Notes: generated by a model not told the origin, from the sequence alone. Numbered from the stretch's first letter, positions 24,848-34,649 are shown. The stretch: DNA of 64,000 nt from Myxococcota bacterium (GCA_039028615.1 JBCCHT010000002.1:480001-544000), one strand, 5' to 3'. Made by a program: numbers and translations.

Positions 24848-25879
24848 ATGCTCGAGGCGCTCATCCCGTACATCGTGGCCCCCGAAAAGACGCTGGTCCA
24901 AGACCTGCCGTTGATCGGTGAGCTCAAGCTCCAGCTCTTCGGGCCGCTGGTCGCCACTGGCGTCATCGTTGGCTGGTACCGCGGCCTGGCCTACGCGAAG
25001 AAGAAGGACATCGATGAGTTCCTGTTCCGGGACTACATGTTCTGGATGCTCGTCTCGGCCTTCGTGATCTCTCACTGGGTCTCGGTCATCTTCTACTTCC
25101 CGGAGCGCGTGCAGGAAAACCCGTGGATCCTGCTGCAGATCTGGAACGGCCTTTCGAGCGTCGGTGGGTTCTTCGGCGCCACGGTGGGCGCGTTCCTGTA
25201 CTTGCGCTGGTACTGCGGCAAGCAACCCATGGGCAAGCAGCCGATCATCGTGTTCGGCGACGCCACGCTGTTCGGGCTGCTCGGCGGCTGGTGCTTCGGT
25301 CGCGCCGGCTGCTCCCTGGTACACGACCACCCCGGTCGCGTCGTCCCCGAGGGCACCTTCCTCGCGGTGGGCCCCTGGCCCGACGGCAGCTGGCGCTACG
25401 ACCTCGGTCTCGTCGAGTTCATGTTCGTCGTGACCCTGATGTCCGTCGTCTACTTCATCGTGAAGTGGGACAAGTGGCGACAAGGTCGGATGGTCGGGCT
25501 GGTCGCCTTCACGTACGCCCCGTTCCGCTTCTACCTCGACTCCCTGCGCGCCGATGAGCCCGCCACCCGCGTCATCCAAGACCCGGATCTGCGCTACGCC
25601 GGCCTCACCACCGCCCAGTGGTTCACCATCGCGTTCTTCATCGTCGGGGCCTACCTGCTGTTCTTCCGCAAGCCGAAGGAGGGCGACTTCGACTACGCCA
25701 AGGACAGCGAACGCCGTGAGCGCGAGGCCGCGGAGGCCGAGGGCGGAGACGGCGACGACAAGTCCGACCCGGACGACGATCACGACTCCGAGGAGCGTGA
25801 CGACGATTCCGAAGACGGAGAGTACGAGGACGACGACGACGGCGACGAGGAAGAGGAGCCCGAGAAAAAGGCCACCTAG
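24848..25879 (+). CDS. lgt: Prolipoprotein diacylglyceryl transferase family protein (divergent) with acidic tail
   Basis: IWNGLSSVGGF, FGRAGC..HDHPG, FRFYLDSLR and GLTTAQW. Multi-TM. Confidence 0.85.
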   Translation: MLEALIPYIVAPEKTLVQDLPLIGELKLQLFGPLVATGVIVGWYRGLAYAKKKDIDEFLFRDYMFWMLVSAFVISHWVSVIFYFPERVQENPWILLQIWNGLSSVGGFFGATVGAFLYLRWYCGKQPMGKQPIIVFGDATLFGLLGGWCFGRAGCSLVHDHPGRVVPEGTFLAVGPWPDGSWRYDLGLVEFMFVVTLMSVVYFIVKWDKWRQGRMVGLVAFTYAPFRFYLDSLRADEPATRVIQDPDLRYAGLTTAQWFTIAFFIVGAYLLFFRKPKEGDFDYAKDSERREREAAEAEGGDGDDKSDPDDDHDSEERDDDSEDGEYEDDDDGDEEEEPEKKAT

Positions 25880-25918
25880 CGTCGCCAGCGTCCCGAGCGG
25901 CTGATGGGCCGCTCCCCG

Positions 25919-25953
25919 AAAGAGACCCCGTGCATGGTGCCGGGGTCTTTTTT
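25919..25953 (+). terminator. Intrinsic terminator
   Basis: AGACCCCG...CGGGGTCT followed by a T-tract. Confidence 0.85.
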
Positions 25954-26062
25954 CGTGCCGGGGCTGCAACCGGTCGGCGGACGCGTCGTCATGTGGGGCG
26001 AGCATGCGCCGACTGTGGCGCTTTGCCCCGTCACCCCAAACCGCCCCCGAGAGATCCCCACC

Positions 26063-26767
26063 ATGCCCCGCATCTCCCTTTTGGTGTTCCTGTCCGCCGC
26101 CCTCGCCCTGCCCATGGCCACGGGCTGTGCCAACAAGGACAAAGGTACCGAGAACCCCGAGGCCTCCGATTCCGACGCCGATCCCCTGGTCGAGCTTCAG
26201 AGCATCCCCGACCAGATCCAGGCCGAGGTCGACATGGTCCTGCAGCCGATCAACGACGTGGACGTCGTCATCGACCAGGTCACCAGCATGCCCCAGACCC
26301 TGGGCGTCGACGCCGGTAGCCTCAAGGCCATGGCCGCGGCCAGCCTCTCGGCCAAGGCCGAGGACGGCGAGCTGTCGCTGACCGCCGACCTCGACATCGC
26401 CGCCGACGCCAAGGCCGAGGTCGACGAGGTCCTGCTCAAGGTCCAAGGCATCGCCACCGGCCTGCGCGAGACCCCCGAGCGAGCCAAGACCGCCACCACC
26501 AACATCGTCGCCCTGGGCGCCAACGCGACCGCGCTGGTCGGCAAGCTCACCGCCAAGTACCAAGCCAAGCTGAGCAACCCGATGCTCAAGGCCGAGAAGA
26601 AGGCCGAGATCCAGGCCGAGCTCGACATCGTGATCAAGCTCGACGCCGACATCAAGGCCGTGGTCAACGACGCCAAGACCACCGTCACCGAGCTGCCCTC
26701 CAAGGGCAAGGAAGCCCTGGTCAAGCTGACCGCGGCCTTCGCCGGCGACGCTTCGGCCAGCACCTGA
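26063..26767 (+). CDS. Hypothetical alpha-helical lipoprotein
   Basis: Lipobox MATGC, Ala/Lys/Asp-rich heptad-like body, strong GC3 codon bias. Confidence 0.85.
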   Translation: MPRISLLVFLSAALALPMATGCANKDKGTENPEASDSDADPLVELQSIPDQIQAEVDMVLQPINDVDVVIDQVTSMPQTLGVDAGSLKAMAAASLSAKAEDGELSLTADLDIAADAKAEVDEVLLKVQGIATGLRETPERAKTATTNIVALGANATALVGKLTAKYQAKLSNPMLKAEKKAEIQAELDIVIKLDADIKAVVNDAKTTVTELPSKGKEALVKLTAAFAGDASAST

Positions 26768-26813
26768 GTTTCTTTCTTCTCCTCAACGGTTGTACGTCCA
26801 TCTGAGTACGTCG

Positions 26814-26856
26814 ATGGGAGTCCGAGGTCCCGGTGGGCCTCGGGCTCCCATTTTTT
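26814..26856 (+). terminator. Strong intrinsic terminator
   Basis: ATGGGAGTCCGAGGTCC-CGGT-GGGCCTCGGGCTCCCAT plus T-tract. Confidence 0.9.
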
Positions 26857-27047
26857 GTGTGCCTAGCCGGGTGCCCCCGGCCGCGTAACTGCCGCCCCCT
26901 GCTCGGATCGCCACGCTCGGGCGACGCCGACGCAATCGAGGTCGCACCGCAGGCACATGCAGCCCTCGCATAACCGGGGTGGTCGCACATTCGACCCCGC
27001 GACAATGGCCCCCGACCGGCCAATGACCCTGCTACCTTGTGTTGGAC

Positions 27048-28220
27048 ATGGTGACGCAGACGGGACGGGCAGTTGCGAGCCTCGTGGGGGCGGGCCTTTT
27101 GTTGGCCGCGCCAGCAGCCAGCGCCAGTAATGGCACCAAGCCGCGAATCCCGGTCGATTGGTCCGGCGGCGCGTGTATGACCATCGTCGACCGGTCCGCC
27201 GCGACCACGACCCACTTCGACTACACCATCTCCCAAGAAGACACCGAGCTCACCCCCGACGAGGTCGAGGACAGCCGCACTCATCAGTTCTTCGGGTTCT
27301 GCCGCGCCCACGATCCCCAGACCTTCCTGCCGCGCTGGATCACGCAAGACGACATCGATCGCGCGGTCCAGGTCAAAGCTGCGCCCGACGAGGTCGAGGC
27401 CGAGGACATCCTCGACACCTCCACCGAGTGGGGCGATTGCAGCGTCCGCATCACCGCCGACGACGACCGCCGCCCCATCACCTTCGAGGCGGCCGATGCC
27501 GGCGTCGACTGGGACACCACCGACGTGCCCGCCGGGACCTACACCGTCGAGGCCTATACCTGGGAGCCGCCGCTCAACATCTGGAGCCTGCACCCCGGGG
27601 TCGTCAAGGTCGTCGACTCCTCGGACGTCGCCGCCAGCGGGCCCGCCCACGCGATCACCAACACCGAAGAGGTCATCAACCGCAACGAGACGGTGACCCT
27701 CGAGGGCTGCGTGAGCGCCATGGAGGGCTCGACCCTCACCGCCTACTACGCGCTCGCCCTCCCCGAGGTGGACTGGCAGGTCTTCATCGAGGACGACCCG
27801 ATCTCCGGTGACAGCTACGCCGTCGAGTTCGACCCCCCCGAGGAGGTCGCGGGCGAGTCGCTCATCATGCGCATCGACGTCACCGACCCCATGGGTCGGA
27901 CCTACACCAACTACATGCGCGAGCTGGTGATCATCCTGGGGACCGACGGGCCCGGCGAGTGCGATGGCATGGGCTTCATCGGCGGAGCCGGCTGCGAGGG
28001 CGACTCCGGGGGCACCGAGACCGACGGCGACGCGGCCACCAGTGCCGTGGGTGACGAGACGGCCGGCGACGGCACGAGCGCGAGTACTACGCCCGGGCAA
28101 GACGGCGGTGACGGGGTCGATCCCGGCGGCTGCGGCTGCCAGTCGGACTCCACCCCCACGCCCTGGGCACTCGGGCTACTCGGCGTCGTGCTGTGGGGTC
28201 GACGCCGCCGCAACCGCTGA
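27048..28220 (+). CDS. Secreted protein with MYXO-CTERM sorting tag
   Basis: Signal peptide (ASA-S), acidic beta-rich body, Gly/Thr linker, GGCGC...WALGLLGVVLWGRRRR. Confidence 0.88.
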   Translation: MVTQTGRAVASLVGAGLLLAAPAASASNGTKPRIPVDWSGGACMTIVDRSAATTTHFDYTISQEDTELTPDEVEDSRTHQFFGFCRAHDPQTFLPRWITQDDIDRAVQVKAAPDEVEAEDILDTSTEWGDCSVRITADDDRRPITFEAADAGVDWDTTDVPAGTYTVEAYTWEPPLNIWSLHPGVVKVVDSSDVAASGPAHAITNTEEVINRNETVTLEGCVSAMEGSTLTAYYALALPEVDWQVFIEDDPISGDSYAVEFDPPEEVAGESLIMRIDVTDPMGRTYTNYMRELVIILGTDGPGECDGMGFIGGAGCEGDSGGTETDGDAATSAVGDETAGDGTSASTTPGQDGGDGVDPGGCGCQSDSTPTPWALGLLGVVLWGRRRRNR

Positions 28221-28224
28221 GCGC

Positions 28225-29127
28225 TCAGCCCTTCGCGGGCCACAGCCACGCCGCACCACGGACGCCACTCGAGTCGCCATGGGCGGCGCGGACGAGTCGG
28301 GTATCGACGCGATCGGAGAACACCCACTGGCCCCAGCGCTCGGGCACCGCCGAGTAGAGCCACTCGATATTGGACACGCCGCCGCCCATCACGATGACGT
28401 CGGGATCCACCACGTTGATGATCGAGGCCAGGCCCCGCGCCATGCGATCGGCGTAGCGCTCCAGGGTGGCCTGCGCCGCGGCGTCTCCCGACTCGGCCGC
28501 GCGGGCAATGGCCGCGGCCGGCTGCGCCTGGTGGCCGTGGGCGACGTGGTCACGCTCGAGCCCGGGCCCGCTGAGGAAGGTCTCGATGCACCCGTGCAGA
28601 CCGCAGTAGCAGGCGGGCCCGGGGCGCTCGTCGTCGCGGGGCCAGGGCAGCGGGTTGTGCCCCCACTCGCCTCCGATCGCGTTGCGCCCGGCCAGCGGCC
28701 GCCCGTGGATCACCAAGCCGCCGCCCGTGCCCGTGCCCACGATCACCCCGAACACCACGTCGGCTCCGGCGGCGGCGCCATCGGCCGCCTCGGACAGCGC
28801 GAAGCAGTTGGCGTCGTTCTCCAGTCGAATCTCTCGCTGCAGCGCCTGCCCCAGGTCCTCGCGCAGCGGCTGACCGATGAGGCACGTGGTGTTGGAATTC
28901 TTGATCCGGCCCGTCGCGGCCGAGACCGCGCCCGGAGTGCCGATCCCGACCGTGGCCTGCGCCCCCAGCTGTGCCTCGGCGTCCCGCACCATCGTCGTCA
29001 GCGTGCGCACGATCGACCCGTAGTCCTCGCGGGGCGTGGGCTGCCGACTCCGCAGCGTGATGGTCCCGGCCTCGTCCAGCGCGACGATCTCGATCTTGGT
29101 CCCACCCAGGTCGATGCCGATTCGCAT
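28225..29127 (-). CDS. ROK family sugar kinase (fructokinase, Mak-like)
   Basis: GIDLGGTKIE, ENDANCFALSEA, GTGTGGG, GEWGH and CYCG..GCIE. Confidence 0.93.
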   Translation of the reverse strand: MRIGIDLGGTKIEIVALDEAGTITLRSRQPTPREDYGSIVRTLTTMVRDAEAQLGAQATVGIGTPGAVSAATGRIKNSNTTCLIGQPLREDLGQALQREIRLENDANCFALSEAADGAAAGADVVFGVIVGTGTGGGLVIHGRPLAGRNAIGGEWGHNPLPWPRDDERPGPACYCGLHGCIETFLSGPGLERDHVAHGHQAQPAAAIARAAESGDAAAQATLERYADRMARGLASIINVVDPDVIVMGGGVSNIEWLYSAVPERWGQWVFSDRVDTRLVRAAHGDSSGVRGAAWLWPAKG

Positions 29128-29216
29128 GCCTCACCGTGACGCGCCGAGGGCTCCGAGGTCAACGCGCGGACCCGGCTTGATTCCCGGCCCCGCCCTCGCC
29201 GAGGATGAGGCCGCCC

Positions 29217-29963
29217 ATGCTCGTGCGTCTGTGCTCCTCGTGCTGCTGCCTGTCGCTGTTGCTCGCCTGCGGGGGCTCGCCCGCCTCGGGTGATGCCAAA
29301 GCGAAGCCCGACCAAGAGCCCGCCCCCGCGACGAAGGCTCCGGCCGAAGATCCGACCGAGCCTGCCCCCGCCGCGAAGACTGCTCGGACCTGGAGCTTCG
29401 ACGACGCGAAGGCCGGCCCGATCCCCGCCGGTTTTCGGGTGACGGAGACGGGAAGCTCGGGCACGCCCGCGACCTGGGCCACGGTGGCCGACCCCACCGC
29501 TCCCACCGCTCCCAACGCGTTCGGCATCACCGAGACAAAGAACCCGAAGGCGACCTACAACCTCGCGCTGGCCGAAGGCACCGAGTACGGCGACGTCGAC
29601 ATCTCCGTGATGGTGAAGGCCGGCACGGGCGAGCTCGACCAGGGCGGCGGGCCCATCTGGCGGGTCATCGACGAGGACAACTACTACATCGCGCGCTGGA
29701 ACCCGCTGGAGAAGAACGCCCGGTTCTATATCGTGCAGAGCGGCTCGCGAAGCGCCCTGGGCAAGGTCGAGCTCGACCTCGACCCCGCCGCCTGGCACTC
29801 GCTGCGGGTGGTGAGCGAGGGCGCGGTCATGCAGCTGTTCATCGACGACGAGCCCGTGTTGCGGGTCGAGGACGACACCCACAAAAAGCCGGGGCAGGTC
29901 GGCCTGTGGACCAAGGCCGACGCTGCCACGTGGTTCGACGACCTGTCGGTCACCACCCCGTAG
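29217..29963 (+). CDS. Lipoprotein with concanavalin-like (DUF1080/GH16-like) domain
   Basis: Lipobox LLLAC, Pro/Ala linker, DQGGGPIWR..DEDNYY, WHSLRV and GQVGLWTKADAATWFDDL. Confidence 0.75.
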   Translation: MLVRLCSSCCCLSLLLACGGSPASGDAKAKPDQEPAPATKAPAEDPTEPAPAAKTARTWSFDDAKAGPIPAGFRVTETGSSGTPATWATVADPTAPTAPNAFGITETKNPKATYNLALAEGTEYGDVDISVMVKAGTGELDQGGGPIWRVIDEDNYYIARWNPLEKNARFYIVQSGSRSALGKVELDLDPAAWHSLRVVSEGAVMQLFIDDEPVLRVEDDTHKKPGQVGLWTKADAATWFDDLSVTTP

Positions 29964-29972
29964 GGGCCGCGC

Positions 29973-31241
29973 TCAGCAGTCCTTGGGCGAGACCCACATG
30001 CACACGTCGTCCCACTCGGCGCGGCACTCCATGCCGAGCGGACACTCTTGGCCCCCGCTGCAATCGAGGGAGCAGCGGTTGTTCTCCCCCGTGGCCCCGT
30101 CGAGGATGCACGTGGCCGGGGCCGTCCCAGTGGGGGGCGTGGGGCAATCGGCGTCTTCGAGGCAGTGCTCGATGCAGAAGCAGCCCGAGATGCACTCCGC
30201 CCCGTTGCCGAAGCCGAAGTTCCCGCGGTCGCAGAAGTTCTCGTTCTCGAGCGAGCACCACGGGTAAGTGTCGTCGACGCCGTCGGGCGGGCAAGCGCCC
30301 GGCGTGTTGCAGGGGTGGAACTCGGGCAGCGCACAGATGCCGATATGCTCCTGGCCGGGCTCGGCCACGCCCGGGTTGAGGAACGGAATGCACTCGTGCT
30401 CCGCCTCCGGGCACGTGGCGGTCGGATCGTTCAGGTCGCAGAACTCGATGCAACAGCCCCCGGAATCGCAGCCCGGTCCGTACATCTCGCCGGCCATGCA
30501 CATCGAGCCCTCGACGCATTCGAAGCCCATGCAGGGGTCGCCCGGCATCGCGGTGCCCGGCTCCGGGCCTTCACACGTGAAGCCGGCGTCGTCCCACGAC
30601 TGGTTGAACACGCAGCTCCCAAAGCCCTCGGGACACTCGGGCTCCAGAGGATCGCAGTTGGGCATGCACCACGAGACCGAGCAGGTGGCACAGGTTCGGC
30701 ACTGCTGCCCCTCGCCGCACTCGTAGTCCGAGTCGCAGATCTCGACGCAGACCGGAGAGTCGGCCAAGAGACTCGAGCAGAACGCTCCATCGCCGCAATC
30801 GTCCGTGCACGACCCGGGGTCACGCGTGCACTCGCCATAGAGCGCGACCGGATCGTCGGTCACCGCAGCGCAGACATAGGACTGGGCCTCGAGCTTCAGC
30901 GACCCCTCGTCGGGGGTCCACGGGACGCACTTGAAGCCGTCGGGGCAGTCCTGCTCCGCGACGTCGCACTGGCTCTCGCCCTCGAGGGGTGGGCACTCGA
31001 AGGACGGGGGCTCTCCGGTCGACTCACCCGTGGACTCCGTGTCGGCGACGGTCGTGCCCGAGGTCGACGAGCCCACGACCACCGACGTCGCTCCTTCGGT
31101 CGAGTCTCCAGTGACGCCGCCCGAGTCGGGCTCCGTGGGTGTACCGGTCGTCGACGAGCCTCCAACCTGGTCGGTGGGGTCCTCGGTCGTCGGGCAGCCT
31201 AAGAGGAGCGAAGCGGGTAGAATAACTTTCAAAAACCGCAT
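29973..31241 (-). CDS. Cysteine-rich lipoprotein
   Basis: Lipobox LLLGC, S/T/G linker, CDVAEQDCPDGFKC and many Cys modules. Alternative start at 31247. Confidence 0.85.
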   Translation of the reverse strand: MRFLKVILPASLLLGCPTTEDPTDQVGGSSTTGTPTEPDSGGVTGDSTEGATSVVVGSSTSGTTVADTESTGESTGEPPSFECPPLEGESQCDVAEQDCPDGFKCVPWTPDEGSLKLEAQSYVCAAVTDDPVALYGECTRDPGSCTDDCGDGAFCSSLLADSPVCVEICDSDYECGEGQQCRTCATCSVSWCMPNCDPLEPECPEGFGSCVFNQSWDDAGFTCEGPEPGTAMPGDPCMGFECVEGSMCMAGEMYGPGCDSGGCCIEFCDLNDPTATCPEAEHECIPFLNPGVAEPGQEHIGICALPEFHPCNTPGACPPDGVDDTYPWCSLENENFCDRGNFGFGNGAECISGCFCIEHCLEDADCPTPPTGTAPATCILDGATGENNRCSLDCSGGQECPLGMECRAEWDDVCMWVSPKDC

Positions 31242-31251
31242 AGCCATGAGC

Positions 31252-31266
31252 AATAATAGTATTATT
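31252..31266. promoter_or_regulatory. AT-rich 7-1-7 palindrome, candidate repressor operator
   Basis: AATAATA-G-TATTATT in a high-GC genome, between divergent genes. Confidence 0.55.
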
Positions 31267-31357
31267 CCGATGATTTGAAGAGCGATCCGAGGACAAACCC
31301 CGACAAACCATCGGGCCATCGGGCCGGTTTTCACTCCCCATACCCCTTGGCTTCCTC

Positions 31358-31939
31358 ATGATTCGAGCTGCCCCATCTTCTTTGTTCTTCGCGTTGGCGT
31401 TCGCCGTGGCCTGCAACCCGAGCGAGGCCTCCGACGACGCGAACCCGAGCGACGGCTCGAGCCGCGGCGACGCGGCCAGCACCTCGACGTCCTCCGTCAC
31501 GCCCGGTTCATCCGGAAGCTCGAGTGCCGCCGGGGACTCGACGAGCGCGGTCACGAGCACCACCTCGGGGACGACGGCGTCCGAGGACGGCACCACCCGC
31601 GGCACTCAGTTCGCATGCGGTGACGAGCTGTTCTGCGAGCTCGGTGAGCACTGCGTCCTGCCCTGCTGTGGTGGCGCACCACCCAGCTGCGACCCGATAC
31701 CCAAGGACGGAGAGTGCCCGCCCGGCACCCCCGAGTTCGGCAAGTGCTGCGACTTCATGGGCATTCCCGATTGCGACGAGGCCGACTGGTGCCAGCTCCC
31801 GCCGTGCGAACCCGCCCCGCCGCGCTGTGTGACCGCGGAAGATCTGATGTGCGATCAGTCGGGGAGCTGCAAGGTCCTCGGCGACGACTTCTGCATCGGC
31901 CCCGTGGAGAACAACATCATCACGTGCCAGTGCGCATGA
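31358..31939 (+). CDS. Small cysteine-rich lipoprotein
   Basis: Lipobox AVAC, Ser/Thr linker, Cys-dense C-terminal half. Confidence 0.8.
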   Translation: MIRAAPSSLFFALAFAVACNPSEASDDANPSDGSSRGDAASTSTSSVTPGSSGSSSAAGDSTSAVTSTTSGTTASEDGTTRGTQFACGDELFCELGEHCVLPCCGGAPPSCDPIPKDGECPPGTPEFGKCCDFMGIPDCDEADWCQLPPCEPAPPRCVTAEDLMCDQSGSCKVLGDDFCIGPVENNIITCQCA

Positions 31940-31947
31940 GCGGCGGC

Positions 31948-33276
31948 TCAGCGCCGCACCGGTAGCCGGACCCGAGCTTCGCACCCCTGCTCCGGCTCGC
32001 GATTGCACAGCTCGATGGTCCCGCCGTGCGACTCGACGATCTGCCGCGACAGCGCCAGCCCGATCCCGCTGCCGCCGGGCTTGGTCGAGAAGAAGGGCAC
32101 GAACAAATTGGAAGGGTTGGCCAGCCCGGGACCGTCGTCGATGACCCGCAGCAAGACCTGCTGCCCTTCGATGCCCCAGGTCACCGTCACCTGCTCGGCC
32201 CCCGTCTCCGTCACCGCATCCACGCCATTGCGTACCAAGTTGATGAGCAGCTGCTCGAGCTGATCGGGATCCGCATCGAGCACGACCTCGGGCCCCGGCT
32301 CCACCTGGACCTCGAGTCGGTCGTCGAGCGCGGTGATTCGCCGGACCAAGGCCTCCAGCTCGACTTCGCTACGCTGGGGCTCGGGCAGCCGCGCGAGCTT
32401 GGCGTAGGCCCCCATGAACCGGGCGAGGGACAGCGAGCGACTCTCGATGAGCTCGAGGCCGTCCCGCAGGTCCTGCTCCCACCCTTGCGGCCGGTTCTCG
32501 GCCTCGGCGTAGCGACCCAGCGTGGCCGAGACGCTGGCGATGGGGGTGAGCGAGTTGTTGATCTCGTGCCCGATGACCCGCACCAGCCGGCGCCACGCGT
32601 TGAGTTCCTCTTGCCGCAGAGCCCGGCTGAGGTCGGCGAGCATCAGCAAGGTGTGCGGGCGACCGCCCTGGCGGAAGCTGCTACGCCGAATCTCGCCGCG
32701 GCCGTTGCCCCCGGCGAACGCCATCTCCACGATGCGCGGGGCGGGGCCTTCGAGCAGCTCGCGGAGCCCCAGCGCGTCGGCATCCGCCCCCTCCAGGCGC
32801 TCGCGTGGCGTCCCGAGCAGGCGCTCGCCCGCGCGATTGACCAGCCGGAGCCGCGCCTGATCGTCGAACGCGAACACGGCGACCGCGATCTCGGACATCA
32901 CCGTGCGCAGCAGGTCGGTGGCCTCGAGCGCGCCCAGCCGCTGCTCTCGCAGGGTGTCGGCCAGCGCATTGGTCTCCAGCATCACCATGCCCAGCGGATC
33001 GTCGCGACGGGCCTGAGACGAGCGCATGGAGTAGTCGCCGCCCCGCAAAGCCCCGAGCAGATTCGACAGGGTCTGGAGCGGGCGCACCACGGTGCGGTGG
33101 ATCTGCACGATGCTCACCGCCCAGGCCAACAACGCCACGCCCCACAGCACCGCCGACCACGTCCCCGAGCTCGGCATGCTCGTGCTCGCCAGCAGGCCGA
33201 CGCCCACCAGCGGCACGCCGCCGAGCACGGCCAGCAACACGATCCTCGGCCCGTGGCGCGAGGGCATGGAGATCAC
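31948..33276 (-). CDS. Sensor histidine kinase (2 TM, HAMP, PAS-like)
   Basis: GHEINNSLTPI H-box, NLVRNG, DDGPG and PFFSTKPGGSGIGL. GTGA overlap with the regulator. Confidence 0.93.
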   Translation of the reverse strand: MISMPSRHGPRIVLLAVLGGVPLVGVGLLASTSMPSSGTWSAVLWGVALLAWAVSIVQIHRTVVRPLQTLSNLLGALRGGDYSMRSSQARRDDPLGMVMLETNALADTLREQRLGALEATDLLRTVMSEIAVAVFAFDDQARLRLVNRAGERLLGTPRERLEGADADALGLRELLEGPAPRIVEMAFAGGNGRGEIRRSSFRQGGRPHTLLMLADLSRALRQEELNAWRRLVRVIGHEINNSLTPIASVSATLGRYAEAENRPQGWEQDLRDGLELIESRSLSLARFMGAYAKLARLPEPQRSEVELEALVRRITALDDRLEVQVEPGPEVVLDADPDQLEQLLINLVRNGVDAVTETGAEQVTVTWGIEGQQVLLRVIDDGPGLANPSNLFVPFFSTKPGGSGIGLALSRQIVESHGGTIELCNREPEQGCEARVRLPVRR

Positions 33277-34649
33277 GACGACAGCCCGTGCCGTTGCAGT
33301 CGACGGTAGAGCGCCGAGCGGCTCAGGCCCAGGTCGGTCGCCGCCGCGCTCACGTTGCCCTGGTGCCGCGCGAGGGCCCGACGGATCAGGAAGACCTCGG
33401 CTTCGTCCAGCGTCATCCGCTCCAAGGGAGGCGCGACGGCGTCGGGGGCCGCGGCCATGCGCAGGGCCAGATCTTCGGGCTCGATGTTCGGCCCCTCCGC
33501 GAGCAGTACCGCCCGCTCGATGGCGTGCTCGAGCTCGCGAACGTTCCCCGGCCAGTCGTGCTCGCGCAGCGCCGCCTCGGCCCCTGAGGACAACCCCTCG
33601 AGCTTCTTGCGATAGCGGCCCGTGAAGCGACGCAGGAAGGTGCCGGCCAGGGCCACGATGTCCTCACCCCGCTCGCGCAGCGGTGGGACCACGATCTCCA
33701 CCGTGTTGAGCCGATACAGCAGGTCCTGCCGGAATCGACCCTCGCGGACCTCTTCGGCGAGGTCGGCGTTGGTCGCCGCGATGACCCGCACGTCGACCCG
33801 CCGTACCCGCGACGAACCCAGAGCGTGGAACTCCCCGGTCTGGAGCACGCGCAGCAGCTTGGTCTGCTGGCTCATCGGCATGTTGGCGATCTCGTCGAGA
33901 AACAGGGTCCCGCCGTCGGCCAGCTCGAAGCAGCCGGTCCGCGCCTGCTTGGCGTCGGTGAACGCCCCGCGCACGTGACCGAACAGCTCGCTCTCCAGCA
34001 GGCCATCGGCCAGGCCTCCCGCATTGATCGTCACCAACGGCCGCTGTGCTCGTTGAGAGGCTTGGTGCACCAGCTCGGCCACGATCTCCTTGCCCGAGCC
34101 GGGCTCCCCGGTGATGAGCAAGCTGGCATCGGAGGGCCCTACCCGCTCGACGACGCGCAGCACGGGCTCCATCGCGCGCGAGTGCATGACCAGCTCGGCC
34201 CCGTCCCGACCACGCAGTCGTCGTCCCAGATCCTCGAGCCTCGCGCTGCGTCGCAGGGCTCGACCGAGCTCCACCTGCGTGCGCAGCACGGCGAGCAGCC
34301 GGTCGTTCTTCCACGGCTTCTCGACGTAGTCGCGGGCGCCGGCCCGCACGGCCGCGACCGCCCCCTCCACGCTGCCCCACGCGGTCATCACCACCACGGG
34401 CAGGCCCGGTTCGCTGCGACGCAGCTGCGCCAACAAGTCGAGACCTTCCGCCCCCGAGGTCGTGTCGCGGGAGTAGTTGAGATCGACGAGCGCGACGTCG
34501 AAGTCCCCGGCCGACGCCGCAGCCAGAGCCGCCGCGGGCGAGCCCACCTCCTCGAGCTCGTAGCCCTCCGAACGCAGCAGCAGGCGCAGCGCGGTGAGCA
34601 CGTCCCGCTGGTCGTCGGCGACCAGCACCCGAGGTGGCGGCGAGGACAC
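33273..34649 (-). CDS. Sigma54-dependent response regulator (NtrC family)
   Basis: REC domain (VADD, VDLN, EKP), GEPGSGKE, ESELFGHVRGAFTDA, LFLDEI, WPGNVRELEH and Fis-type HTH. Confidence 0.95.
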   Translation of the reverse strand: MSSPPPRVLVADDQRDVLTALRLLLRSEGYELEEVGSPAAALAAASAGDFDVALVDLNYSRDTTSGAEGLDLLAQLRRSEPGLPVVVMTAWGSVEGAVAAVRAGARDYVEKPWKNDRLLAVLRTQVELGRALRRSARLEDLGRRLRGRDGAELVMHSRAMEPVLRVVERVGPSDASLLITGEPGSGKEIVAELVHQASQRAQRPLVTINAGGLADGLLESELFGHVRGAFTDAKQARTGCFELADGGTLFLDEIANMPMSQQTKLLRVLQTGEFHALGSSRVRRVDVRVIAATNADLAEEVREGRFRQDLLYRLNTVEIVVPPLRERGEDIVALAGTFLRRFTGRYRKKLEGLSSGAEAALREHDWPGNVRELEHAIERAVLLAEGPNIEPEDLALRMAAAPDAVAPPLERMTLDEAEVFLIRRALARHQGNVSAAATDLGLSRSALYRRLQRHGLSS

